Positions 39,931 through 51,936 of a DNA stretch of 64,000 bases are shown in pieces. The stretch is taken from contig NC_087251.1 in assembly GCF_037042905.1 (NCBI RefSeq), forward strand, positions 27,654,001 through 27,718,000. Direction: 5' to 3'. Both the position numbers and the translations under genes were made by a program. The notes beneath the pieces were generated by a model, which did no database searches, was not told where the DNA came from, and saw nothing but the letters and a program-made list of their open reading frames with translations. How positions within the stretch are numbered: position 1 is the first letter of the stretch; every line of letters starts with the position of its first letter. The DNA is from Lytechinus pictus. Lineage: Eukaryota.

Positions 39931-42900
39931 ATAAGAATACTGTATGCCACGAAATCTGTATTCTATTCCTATAATGAATGCAAATATTTCGTCGGTAATT
40001 TCCAGTCCGGTTAAAATAGGCAATCGCATTCGTGATTTTGAAGTTTGTTTTATTTTCATGCATTATTTCATCTACAAGTGATTTCTTTCATGATCAAAAT
40101 TTGAAGCATATAAAAAGAAAGAACCGTGACGCATGCATTGTTTATTAGTTCAAAATATTTTATACATTAATTTGAAGATGCAGCTTACATAATAATTTTG
40201 TGTTGAATTATACACATATCGTATTTGTGTGCAATGATATCAGGTAATAATACACAAATGTGTTTAAATATCACCTGAAATCCATTAAACCCTTATTCCA
40301 CCAGGCCCATATTGCAATTTCAAAAAGCCATACTCTAACCATCTACTGTTACAACAAATAGTAAAATCGTGTCATTTCATTGACTGGAAACAAATTGGCG
40401 TAGAATCACAGTTTCTAATAGCTGATGAGGGTCCAACCAATCTTGGTAAGTGGATGACCTCTGAAGTATTATTGCGAGTACCAGGGTCCAAATTCCATTG
40501 CAACACTAGAACATATTCCTTTTCATCAATGTACATCCCCCTATCGCATCCATGGTCGAAATGGATATTGATAGAAATGGATCACTTAAATGCTACAAAC
40601 TTTATTATTCGTCAACTGCATTATAAAACTTATCTGCTCATATTTGAATAGATTTCCATCAGATAGTTAATTTGCAGAAAGAAAATTTGAATTTTTCCTT
40701 TAAAAAAATCCTATACACTATGTAAATAGCCTAGTCATTTTAAAAGATAATTCGATTCAATGCCCTTCTGATACGATATTTCTTTTAACTTGAGTAGACA
40801 AATTTTTATTGTAACTAACATATAGGGAAATAACAGAGCGCCATCTAGGTACATATGATTTTGGTGAATACGTGCGCCACCAAAAATATCATCTTTTATT
40901 TTGAATTATCATTTTCTAATGACTTTAACTTCAATTTACTGATGACTTGAATTTGCCGGAAGAAGAATATATTCACTTCCGTGTCATGATGTCTTGTTCA
41001 CCTTCAGAAGATAGATATTCCCGATGAGATTCATTCGGATGCCATGTTGTTTCAGGAGATGTAAACAGAAAGCCCGTCATTCTCTCTTCCACTCGTCTCC
41101 CGATTGATCCACATCGATCTTCAAAGATGATGTGACTGACACGCGGTCAGGGGCTCACCCCCTAACCCTTTCTCGGCCATCGTGAATCTCAGCTATATAC
41201 CACAAGTAACTCAGTTCTCCGACAGTCTGTCTATTCTCTTCACTTGTGTGTGTTGGTTAGTTGGTTAGTTTTATTCACGGTAAAAAAAATATAGAATATG
41301 AACTAATAAATAGATGTACAAACACTTACCCAGTATAGAGTGCAAGAATGAAAATGAGAAATCTATTGGGATGGTCCGTTTCAGAATAACTATGAAGCAT
41401 AGTTAATCTGTTCTCATCGAGGTTCCTGTGTGTCTGTGGAATCAGTGTATGGATGATGGATTTCAAGCCTGAAGCCCAGGTCACCTTCACAAGACCGAGG
41501 ATTTCTAAAATTTTTAATGAAGGGATTCATTATCTCTGTAGATGCTGGTTTTCACAGTTTCCTACAAGTTAAAACCAATACCAAACAAACACTTTTAACA
41601 ACTTTAACATCTTTCTAAGGAACTGACTCTTTCTTTAACCATAATTATATGCCCTACTTGAATTTATGATAATCATTCAGTTTAGTTGACCGACTGATTA
41701 ACTGATGTTGGCACATGGAGTTTGTTGTTGGAATTTGCTTATCGGTATATTACAAAATCATTCTTTATCATTGACAGTAATGTGTAGAATAAAATATTTC
41801 ATCACATTCGGTTCTCCATCATTTACAAGACGTTGTATCCTCTGTAATACAGAAATCAAATCTTGCTCTTTTCCTAAGAAACAAGAAGGAAACGGAACAC
41901 TTATTGAGACGAATAGCCGGAAGAAGGTGAAAACCGTATCACTTTCAAATCATCTTCAACGCGTGACGATGAAATGAATGCCCCAGCAACTCGATATTAT
42001 TCTGGCTCATGTTAGTACAAAGAAATGGAAGAAAATATGTGTTTGCCTAATGAAATTGGAAATTGCTGTCACTGTCTCAAGTTTCTTGCCTGTAGTCGTT
42101 TGGTGTAAACTGTGTTGCAGGCTTGAAGCTCGATTTGGTTGGCAAATATCACGGATCACGTGACACGATTTGGTAAACAGCAAGGTGGGTAAAAAAGGCA
42201 GACAGGGTGAAGACGAGACTCCAGAGACCCGCAACACATACCTCAACAATTGATCATGAGATCGATTTTACAATCGATTGCATTGATAATTATCACCAAT
42301 CGTTAAAAGTTATTCTACGGTCGATACGTTTAGGCTTTGTGTTATGGGACCAAGAGCCAAGGCGGATACATCTTTACAAGATACACATCAATAGTTTGCT
42401 AAACTGTTTGCATGGTATTCTTATCATGCCTTGAAGGAGTTTTTCTCAGAACGAAGTGTCATAAGTATTCACTTTCTGTTCGACTGAGGGTTTGTTAAAG
42501 GCACGTTAGTGGAATACGTTAATAGATTACTCAATTGGCTTATTAATCAGGGATGTAAAAGGTACGCATTGTCTATCGCTTTATACGTTTATCCTTTATT
42601 TCAACAGTTTTAATCGTCTACCAAATTCGTTAATAAATTTCAATATATTATAATGGATGAACACAAAGAGAAAAATGTTTATTTCTTCAGTTACATCATT
42701 TGAAATGATTGTAATCACTTGTCTTCCTGGCAAATTTGTAATCTTCGTCTAATTCATGAGGTTTTACTCCGCAATAATCATCAATGTACATCTATGACTG
42801 CATTGACAACTTGGTCTCTTTTTTTCCCTCTTCATCACATTAAATAATGACTATCAAGATTAGCTCTTAGTCCGATTGTGTGGATGATATTTCAAATACA

Positions 42901-44292
42901 TTCACGTAGGAATATGATTAACCACAAGAACGATGTATTTTCGGGTATATGATGAGATCTGATGCATTTGGTATTTGACCTTGATACCTCCAGTATCAGA
43001 AGATCATTGTCAATTCTATATAAATATTTGGACTAAGTTGAAGTTGATCAGTGAAATGTTTTTTGTTCTTTTTTAGTTCTCACGAAAACAAAAACAGGAC
43101 GGACAGGCAGACGGACAACGCCTCAACATTAGACACATCTCTCCACAAAGAAAATTCTTCGTTTATCGAAAGGACTACTTATTCGAAAGCAGCCACCTCC
43201 AGGAGAAGTTATCCTAGGAGCGGGCATGGGACGGGGTACTTTGAGACCTTTTCGAAAGAACAGTTTATAGGCCATTAACCTCTCGCATGTAATCATAGTT
43301 CATCTGGATTTTATAGGTGTGAAGATGAATTGATAAGGGCAGAATCATGGTGATTATCATAGTATAAGAGCTATAATAATAGTAAAGAAAAGAACATACA
43401 TAATTGTAAAGCAAGCTTTAGGACACCTGTTCAGTAAGTCCGGACCGTATCTGTGCTATAAAAGTATCACTTTGCGTTCAGCTGTACCTTGCGATTGAAT
43501 GTATTCCGTATCCGGTATTGGATTAAAATCGATACATATCGACCTATTAGTAATCCTTTTGAATCATGAACAGCTGTACAGAAGTCACTATCATTGTTAG
43601 ATATGAATGTCGAGTGAAAAGTATTGAAATCGGAAGGAAGAGAAAAGGTTTTGGAACCCGCAGTCATGAGAATTCAGTACCCCCCTTAATGTTTAGTTAG
43701 CTGAAGATGTTTGATTACCATTAAAAAAAATTGACGCTAGTCTCTGATCATGTTCCCAGAACTTTGCGTGATAGTGACGCGCTATATTATTTCCAACTTT
43801 TTATCAGGTAATTTAAATTCTCAAGGCCAAGAAAGAGACCAGAAACCGTACATCCCAGCTCATATATAATTCAATTTCTCCAACATGATCTTTGAAAGTC
43901 TATGAGCGAAATATGCAATATCATATTTCTTCAACGAAAATAATATAATTCATTATTTTTGTTTGATTTTCTTTCAATTGCATTTTCCTGGTTTTTGGTA
44001 TTCTTTTCATATTATGTATGAAAGTAGATGTATTAACTAGGGCCTAGAAGTAGTAGTAGTAGTATATAGTAGAATTAGTATTTGTTGTTTTTGGAGTGTA
44101 TAGAAGACAGTTTAGAGGTATAAGTAGTATTTAATTAATAGTGGTATTAAAAGTAGTAAAATCTGAACCAGCATTATGGTAATAGTAGTACTGGTAGCTG
44201 TTGATTTTATTGCTGATGGTGTACTTCTTTTCAAGAAGTAGCCCATGTATGAGGGGAAGCAGGAGGTGGAAGAATAGTAATGATAGCAATAT

Positions 44293-44559
44293 CAGGGCCC
44301 TGTCTTACAAAGAGTTACGATCGACCTCAACTGTATGGACATCCATCAATATCATAATTTTTGGTTAAGGAAATTTTGCACAAAATCCTTTGCAAACAAA
44401 GAGAAGCACATTGAAATTTTCATGAAAACAATGAATGTATGAATATACAACATATCAAGGAAATATTTTGAACCAACATGCATTTTAGATGTTGATTGTT
44501 GGCTTTCCATATTTGTGGTTGATTGGATCAATCGCAACTTATTGTAAGACGTGTCCCAG
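44293..44559. mobile_element. Harbinger-like MITE, family D, including CAG TSDs
   Basis: CAG|GGCCCTGTCTTACAAAGAGTTACG ... CGCAACTTATTGTAAGACGTGTCC|CAG; interior resembles the reverse complement of the 28054 copy. Confidence 0.85.
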
Positions 44560-45067
44560 TAGTAGACCGGGTTTAGACTTAAACTCTTTGATAAGCTTCA
44601 ACATGTTCACATCTACGGCTGATAACTATTTCTGTGGGACAATATGCCTACATTAAGCTTGGAATACTAAATCAATGATTCTACAGGGATCAATCTTAAA
44701 CAGAGAAGGAGAGTGTGTGTGCTTCAGTTGGGTTGGTGTGTGAGAGAGAGGGTGAGGATGTGTGTGTGAGTAGGGTGGGTGGGTGTGAATGTGTGATTTG
44801 GGGCGTTCTTATGAGTGATGGTCAAAGAAGGAGGAGACAGGGGAGAGAGCTGTCTAAAGAGAAGTAATGATTAGGAATTTAACTGTGAATGCAAACCATT
44901 ATGATCGAATACTTTTTAATCTTAACTCTGTTTCTTCAAATATCATTATTTATGTTATTTTATTCATATTTTCAATGCATTTGACTGGCCATGCTTCACT
45001 TGTAAGTTATGTAAATTTTGAAACAACAACAAACAAGGGGTGAATGCAGTAAAGAGACAGAAGATAT

Positions 45068-45239
45068 CTGGGGGCCGTTTCATAAAGCTGTTTGTAAGTT
45101 AAGAACGACTTTAAGAACGACTGGTGATCCTTTCTCACGCGCGTAACCATCGCCAATGAACATTTAATGGTGAATCCCATTTACCACAAGAAATGATCAC
45201 GCTCTTAACTTACGAACAGCTTTATGAAACACCCATCTG
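45068..45239. mobile_element. Short MITE, family C, with CTG flanks on both sides
   Basis: CTG|GGGGCCGTTTCATAAAGCTG ... CAGCTTTATGAAACACCCAT|CTG; closely matches 3032-3196. Confidence 0.88.
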
Positions 45240-47629
45240 GTAAAAATAGCCATGAGAATAGGGTGTAGAGAATGGCGATAAGAACCTGAACAAAGACTGC
45301 CAATTGTTCTGCCGTAAATGTCACGTGATGATAAGCAGGGAGGAAGTCATTAGGAGGTAGGGAAAGGTTGGGGTTTAACTCGTGATATCAGAGTAATCCT
45401 TTCAGTCATCAGCCTTGTCAAGGAGGATAAAGGCAATCTTACATCTCTCTGTCTTTCTCCCCCTCTGTCTCTCTCTCCCTTTCGCTCTTGTCTCTATAAA
45501 ACGCACAATCGTGAGATTACTTTCATATTTCCTTTACCATTATGACCATATAAAAAGGGACTTCTTCTGTGTGTAACTTTTAAAAGATTTTAGTGAATGT
45601 GCTTCACATACTCTTTCAAGCAGATAACACATTCGCGTTTCCACCTTTTAATTGGGCTTTACTTTAGTTCGAATAGAGTAAGGCAGTGAGTGATTGTATC
45701 TTTTTCTTTCTTTTGGAACTCATTTCCCCCATGACCATGTTTTGATACCAATCGATCGTCATTTCATAAAACTTTGAAAATTTCCCTCTCATCTTCTTTC
45801 TCTTCTATGTCTATCTTCATTAATCCACATTGTGCCGCACTCGCCCCAATCAGTATTTAAAATTGTGTCGTCATCAACATCATGATCATTATTATTATTT
45901 TTCCCCTCTATCTTTATCTAAATCTTGTGTGAGTGTGTGTGTGTGGAGGGGTGATTTAGGATATATACATGTACGGGCGTTTTATTTTATCTGTGCCACC
46001 TCTGTATTTAAAGCGAGTCTCTATCCATATCTAAACATGATGTATTTTATATTTCATTGGGATCATGCGAAGAGCCTGTATAAAATCATAACACATTGAT
46101 CTTGTTCTGTTCTACATCGGCTTCTCTCTTACATTTCTCTCTCGGACTATCGTTTCATTCAATTTCATCTCTTACTATGTTCTAGTTGTATCCCAATGAG
46201 TATATTGGTATTTCCGGTGTTCGAAATCCCGCAAGTGTTTGGCATACGGTACGTTGCAAGCCTGGCGGGTGGAGAGTGGTGGGGGATTAAATACAATTAC
46301 GATTCTAATTTGGCAGGGTTTAGCTTCCAGCTTTGGAGGGGTGCAGCGAAACAAGAGCCAAGCATCGAAGAAGAACTCGATTTCATTTATAGTGTATGCG
46401 ACCCGGCCTCTATTTTAGGGGGAGGCGTCATTACGAAAATGTGGACGCCATGTTGGTTTTAATAAGCCAAGTGTATTAACAGAAATTGAACAGCCAGCAT
46501 GGGATCTATTAGAAACACGCAAAGCAACACCGGCAAAGAAACACAAGTATAGAACAAATATTCCTAGCTATAGCTTGGTCAAAGCAAACATTAGTGCCAT
46601 GGTTAGAGATTTGAAAGAGTTGAGTACCTTAAGTTGTAGACTCGGCATTCTTATTCCTCTGTGTTTGTAACTGGACCTTGTCATGGTATGAATCAATCCA
46701 TGACGATTGATGATGTTCACTTACTTTGCCTATCGATGAATAAGTAAAATATTTCAATGCATCGTTAGCATGCATCCTGACTATAAGAAATTATCTTTGG
46801 AATCATACCCTGAAGCTAGATAATCCTAGAATCACTACGTTAAAAAAAAAATCATTTTTTACAATTTGATCCTTGATTATTAAGCAGATTCGACAGCTTT
46901 TTTTTTCTGTAGTCATTCTGAGGTTAAGACTGTTGAGAAGTTGTGACTCTCAATTATGCAGTGAATTGTCATTAGTTTGATGACTGATTTATTTTATTTT
47001 TGTTTAGTGTCATGTAATTTGTGTTACCCATGAAATTACGAGGTCCAATTCAAACGCATTACACTGGTCTGGATTGAGAGTAGAAAATGTGGGTTAATGC
47101 TCAAAATACATAATAGTGCGTTAGTACTGAGCTTTGCCCCCTCAACTGAACATTGTTGTCTCTAGTTATCATTTGACTGGCATTCACGTAGATTTCTTCT
47201 CCCTCAACCAATCGTCCGATGTTATCCTTTCTGAAGTTGTCCCTTTCTTGTTTCAATTTCGCCTTTCGCCTCCACTCTAAGAAAAATTATTCGAAACAGA
47301 ATCTTGTCCCACTTTTTAAACCTTTAGGAAAAAATTCTTCTTAAACCGAATCTATACTTCAAGAATGCATTTTTTTTCCCGACAAGTGGTTCTCATGATC
47401 CATTGAGTATTTTCCTTCGTTTCCAATGTGAGATAAGATGCAATTAGAATCATGTTCTCTGCAAACGTATACAGTGCCTAACCGCCATCACCCGAAAAAC
47501 AACAATATTCTGAGTTCTTCTGAAATATTTCCATAACTCTTTCAATATTCATTTCGGTCATTTTTACCATCAAAATGATGTAGAATTTTTTTTTAAACGT
47601 AAGTTCAAATTTAAATGAAAACCTTCTTA

Positions 47630-47880
47630 CACTCTAAATAATACTGGGTAAAAATGATCCATTAGGGTAATTATGTGTCCAACCAACATTGGGCATTTCG
47701 TTGGGGCATTTTTAATAATCCAGTGTGATGAAAATTTTGCCATTTCTAAAGAAATTGCTGCTTTTTTAAACCTTACTGGACAGTATGCTTCCCACATTGG
47801 GTAAACTATTGCCAAAAATTGGTTGGACACATACTTATCCTCGTGCTAGTTAAACTTTTTACCCAATATTTTTTACAGTG
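47630..47880. mobile_element. Degenerate MITE with CACT...AGTG termini
   Basis: CACTCTAAATAATACTGGGTAAAAA pairs with TTTTTACCCAATATTTTTTACAGTG; inner pair ATGTGTCCAACCAA / TTGGTTGGACACAT. Confidence 0.75.
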
Positions 47881-50210
47881 TGTGGAGATTTGATAAAACA
47901 ATAGAGATGTGGAATTTTTATATATACTTTGGTCCAAATTCAAAAGCAAACATTTTCAATTTGGTTATCTTGACTTAGAAATAAGAACCTGAAATGTCAT
48001 TGGCTTGTAAATGTAACTGCCGCAATTAGTTGTCTGTCGTCGCTGAAATTTTGTATTTTTAAGGACATTTCTGGTTATGTTGCTCATGCATATCACTCTG
48101 GTGCATTAAAAAACGTTAATAAGCAATAATTCATTCATGGTTATCGTGCTTTATTTTTACATTAAAAAGAAACCTAAACTTGCAATTATTTTGAATAAAT
48201 TATTCCATATTTGCATTTGATGATAAACAGCACCTTTTCATATCATACATTATGAATTCTATAATGTATGATAAAAGTAAACTTTACATTTTAAGTGGAA
48301 AACATCCGACTCTTTCACTCCAAATGACTAAAAATAGCTTAAAAAAGAATCATACTTTTCTGGAAGACAGACTTTAAGCGGATTGGACTCTCTTATCTTC
48401 TTGTCTGCTCAATAGAAGCCAACATCCGATGCTCTCCATCAAAATGAGCACCAGTCTGTCGTACTGACGTCACAGATTTATGATACTTCTTTTTTTTCCT
48501 TTACACGCGGGCGCACGTCACAGTAGTCATAGAATCTTCCATTCCACAATGCACAATCAAGCTGTAGCGACAGATATAATGAAAATAGAAAATATTGGTA
48601 GGGTGGCCGCTTAGGGTGGGTGCGTGGGGAGTCAAACACCCATCCTCGTTTATCAAATGAATATGGACTAGAATTTGATTGAAATAAAAATATAGATATG
48701 GTAGATGCGTAGGATGCGTGAGGGAGACAAACATCATGAACCTTCGTTCATTAAAAATACATTTAAAGCTCAAGGCTAGAAAATCAAACAAACAATTTTG
48801 TTTTCTATCATCAACAATCGATATATCTCCCTATTCCCTAAAGAATCATTTGTTCCTCAACAGAGATTGAGTTCGTCATAATCTTTCTCTTTGCGTTTAT
48901 CTTTACACTCAACGTACTCATCAATTTTGTGCTATGCCATCAGAATTATAATTATTATCCCGTTTAAAATTTCATCGATCGTTTTTCATTACCAATTTTC
49001 CGTCTAAAACTCACCGAAGAGATAATACATGTATTACGATCTTTCATCTGAGTTGGATTGTACCGGGATCGTATCGATTTCCTTGACCGTACACAGGGGG
49101 AGGGGTGTGGTGTTTGCAACCGTTTACAACTTTTCACAAAACTCACCCGAAGTTCGTATCAAATCACTCTGCAAAGACTCCAAGCAAAGAGGTAAGTGCT
49201 TAGCACGGTCGCTTCCCCTCAAGATATTTTTGATGTTATTGGGTATCGCCCCCCCCCCCCGCGTCATCCTAATCGATCGAAATCGTTATTGACAGACATG
49301 ATCTAGTGGGCATCAGTTTTCCAGTGATATTCTCTGAATAATTTACCAGACGCCCCCCGCCCCCCACAAAAAACAGGATTTAGTCGTTCATAATAGTCAT
49401 CAAAGAGACCTTCGTCTGATTGATTTTCGACTCAGCTGTTTTAAAGGATATATTTTAGAAGAAGTCTCAGAACTATGATTCGTTTGAAGAGATAATGTTC
49501 TCATATTAATATTTTACCAGAAAACTCCCAACCTTGTGAGTATTATTATCAGTCCATTCAACACCCTCCTCCTTTTACAAGGATCGTTGGATGCTCTTCT
49601 TCCTTTGGTTTCCAAATGCATCATCACGCTATCCTCTCCATCATCCAAAGCAACTTACAACAAGAACACCGCCATCCAGTATGGTCTCCAAACCTCTCAA
49701 GAATCCTCCGTGCATGCCGTGTCGGACTTTTCCCCCCTGAGGTGGGATTGAGACGACGGAAGAAGATTTCACCTGGTGTTTTTATCCGCCACCGGCATCC
49801 CATCCCAGCTCCATTAGTTTTGATTGAATTGTTGTCATTTCCCAATGTCAATAATCACGCCCAACAAAACGGATCCACCTCACATGATGAGAGCGATAGA
49901 TGGAGACGGAATGGCGACATCATCATCTAGGGGTGATTTAGAAAGTGTAAAGTAGTAACACAAATTGTTTGGGAAACTGAATTGCACACTAACAAATCGA
50001 ACACACACACACACCCAAACATTTCATTATCCCGATTCAGTGCCTTAATTGTTCGGTAGTAAATTTACCTTTTTAAATACGGACATCTTGGTTGCCATAG
50101 AGAGATAGCTTCTGCTATTCAAAGAGCAAATGTATAATCTCTTTATTTTTACATAATGTAACATGCGTTAAGATATCAATTCGAGAATTTGGAATAGTAG
50201 CATATGGATA

Positions 50211-50378
50211 CAGGGGGTGCATAAATCCGTTCGTAAGGTACGAGCGACTTTATGAACGACTCTTAAGCCTTTTTTTGTGGTAAATAATATACACTAAATT
50301 TTCGATGATGATGATTTAGCATCTAAAAAAGGATCACCAATCGTCCGTAAAGTCGCTCGTAACTTACGGACACTTTTT
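50211..50378. mobile_element. Degenerate MITE, family C
   Basis: TCCGTTCGTAAGGTACGAGCGACTTTA pairs with TAAAGTCGCTCGTAACTTACGGA; contains the family word AAAGGATCACCA. Confidence 0.75.
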
Positions 50379-51856
50379 ACCAGACGTGAGACTTGGTTAG
50401 CTTTCAGCAGCGTTGCTTCTCTTTCTTTCTTCTTGTCGTCAATAAAGACACGAACGGAGGAGTCGGTATAAACTCATCTGAAATCTTTTGTATTATTAGA
50501 AGCGATTTCGCTAGTGGTTTAGACACTTTTTGCTCACAACATGAACATCGCGGACTTATTTATTAATAGTTCTGTGGACACTTAACCGCCATGGGCACGA
50601 CTCGAGTTGCAACTGTCAGACACATCAAACAAGAATTCATACTCTTTTACATGCTTGGATGTATCAATTTACCAAGTTTGTCGTCTGGCAACATCCCACA
50701 GGGCTGTTTGTCCTGATTTCCTAAAAAGCTCTTCGTTTAGTCAGCCTGCCTCGTGGTAAAAAAAGTGATCTCATTGAAACATTTTTCTTCTTTCTCTCTT
50801 TTGGACATTTTCTTAATTCAAATTGCATTTCTATTTTGTGATATTAGTATAGTGTTTTCTATTGATTAATACTAATCATGTTCGTTTCCAACAGTTGGAA
50901 AAGTGTCATCAGCGTGTTTTGTAGCCCCAAATGTTTCATTCCACTGTGACGCAGGCTATTTTCAAATTGTCCAAGAGATCCATGTCTGATCACCCTAACC
51001 CTTTATATTCCTCTGTTTCTATATTCATATTCCCTTATACACCGCCACCTGTTATTTCGCCTTCATTAGCTTTCCAAGGAGATTTAATAGTATAAACAAG
51101 CCGATGGCGGTCCTTACTCGCAATGTTGACACACATTATGAATAATATTTATTCTACAAAATGAGAACGTTGCATAGGAGGGGGCGAATAATATTCATTA
51201 AGATTCAGTATGAATAATAGCACATAAGTTGTTATATTTATATATAATAATTTGTACGATGTTGATGTGTACCATTTATATTAAAAGGAGCATTGTTTTT
51301 AACAAGCATGTTAGCTTTTAGTGACTCCCCACTTCGTGTAATGTTGATTGTTATAACATGTATTATAATTTTTTTTGGAAATAAAGAAAAAAAATTAAAG
51401 TACCATGTGATCAGCATGCACACAACATATTTCGCACACTTTCACATTTTCTTATGACAATGGCATGGAAAACCTAGAAAATAAGGTTTCTTAGCAAACA
51501 CGGCCCTGGATTAAGGGGGAAAAAGCTGACGCGAAACGATTTTATGGGCACCTAGATATTGATACTTAAAATACGGGCTAAAGTATAAATCGGGACTTGG
51601 CGCTGACAAAATTCAGCTCTGCGTTCTATTGTCACTTTAACTTAAAAAAAATTATCTTTGCCTGGCCGCGAAGCCATTATTCTTAGGTAGTTTCCTTTCA
51701 GGGTCTCGATTCAATTTTGTTTTTGGAAGTAGTACCATAATGTTTTTTTTTTCCTTCTTCTTTTTTATACAATTATACAGATATAAATGGCCCCAAATGT
51801 TTAATGGTTGATTATATGTACCACAAATACGTGTACTTCCGTTTTAGAGTGTTAAC

Positions 51857-51894
51857 TTTTTTTTTTCTTTCCTTTTCCCAACCTCCCTCTGCAG
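51857..51894 (+). promoter_or_regulatory. Polypyrimidine tract and 3' splice acceptor of the receptor coding exon
   Basis: About 35 nt almost purely T/C ending CTGCAG at 51894, 42 nt before the ATG. Confidence 0.8.
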
Positions 51895-51936
51895 TGAGTA
51901 GCTGACTGGTTGGCTTGGCTGGCCTCACGAGTGGCT

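Noticed and set aside
40837..40848. CTCF-like motif (minus strand CTAGATGGCGCT)
   Set aside because: Only part of the consensus matches; a single partial hit in 64 kb is not enough.
51910..51936. N-terminal extension MAWLASRVA from the ORF track
   Set aside because: It begins at TTG; the first ATG after the in-frame TGA at 51895 is 51937.
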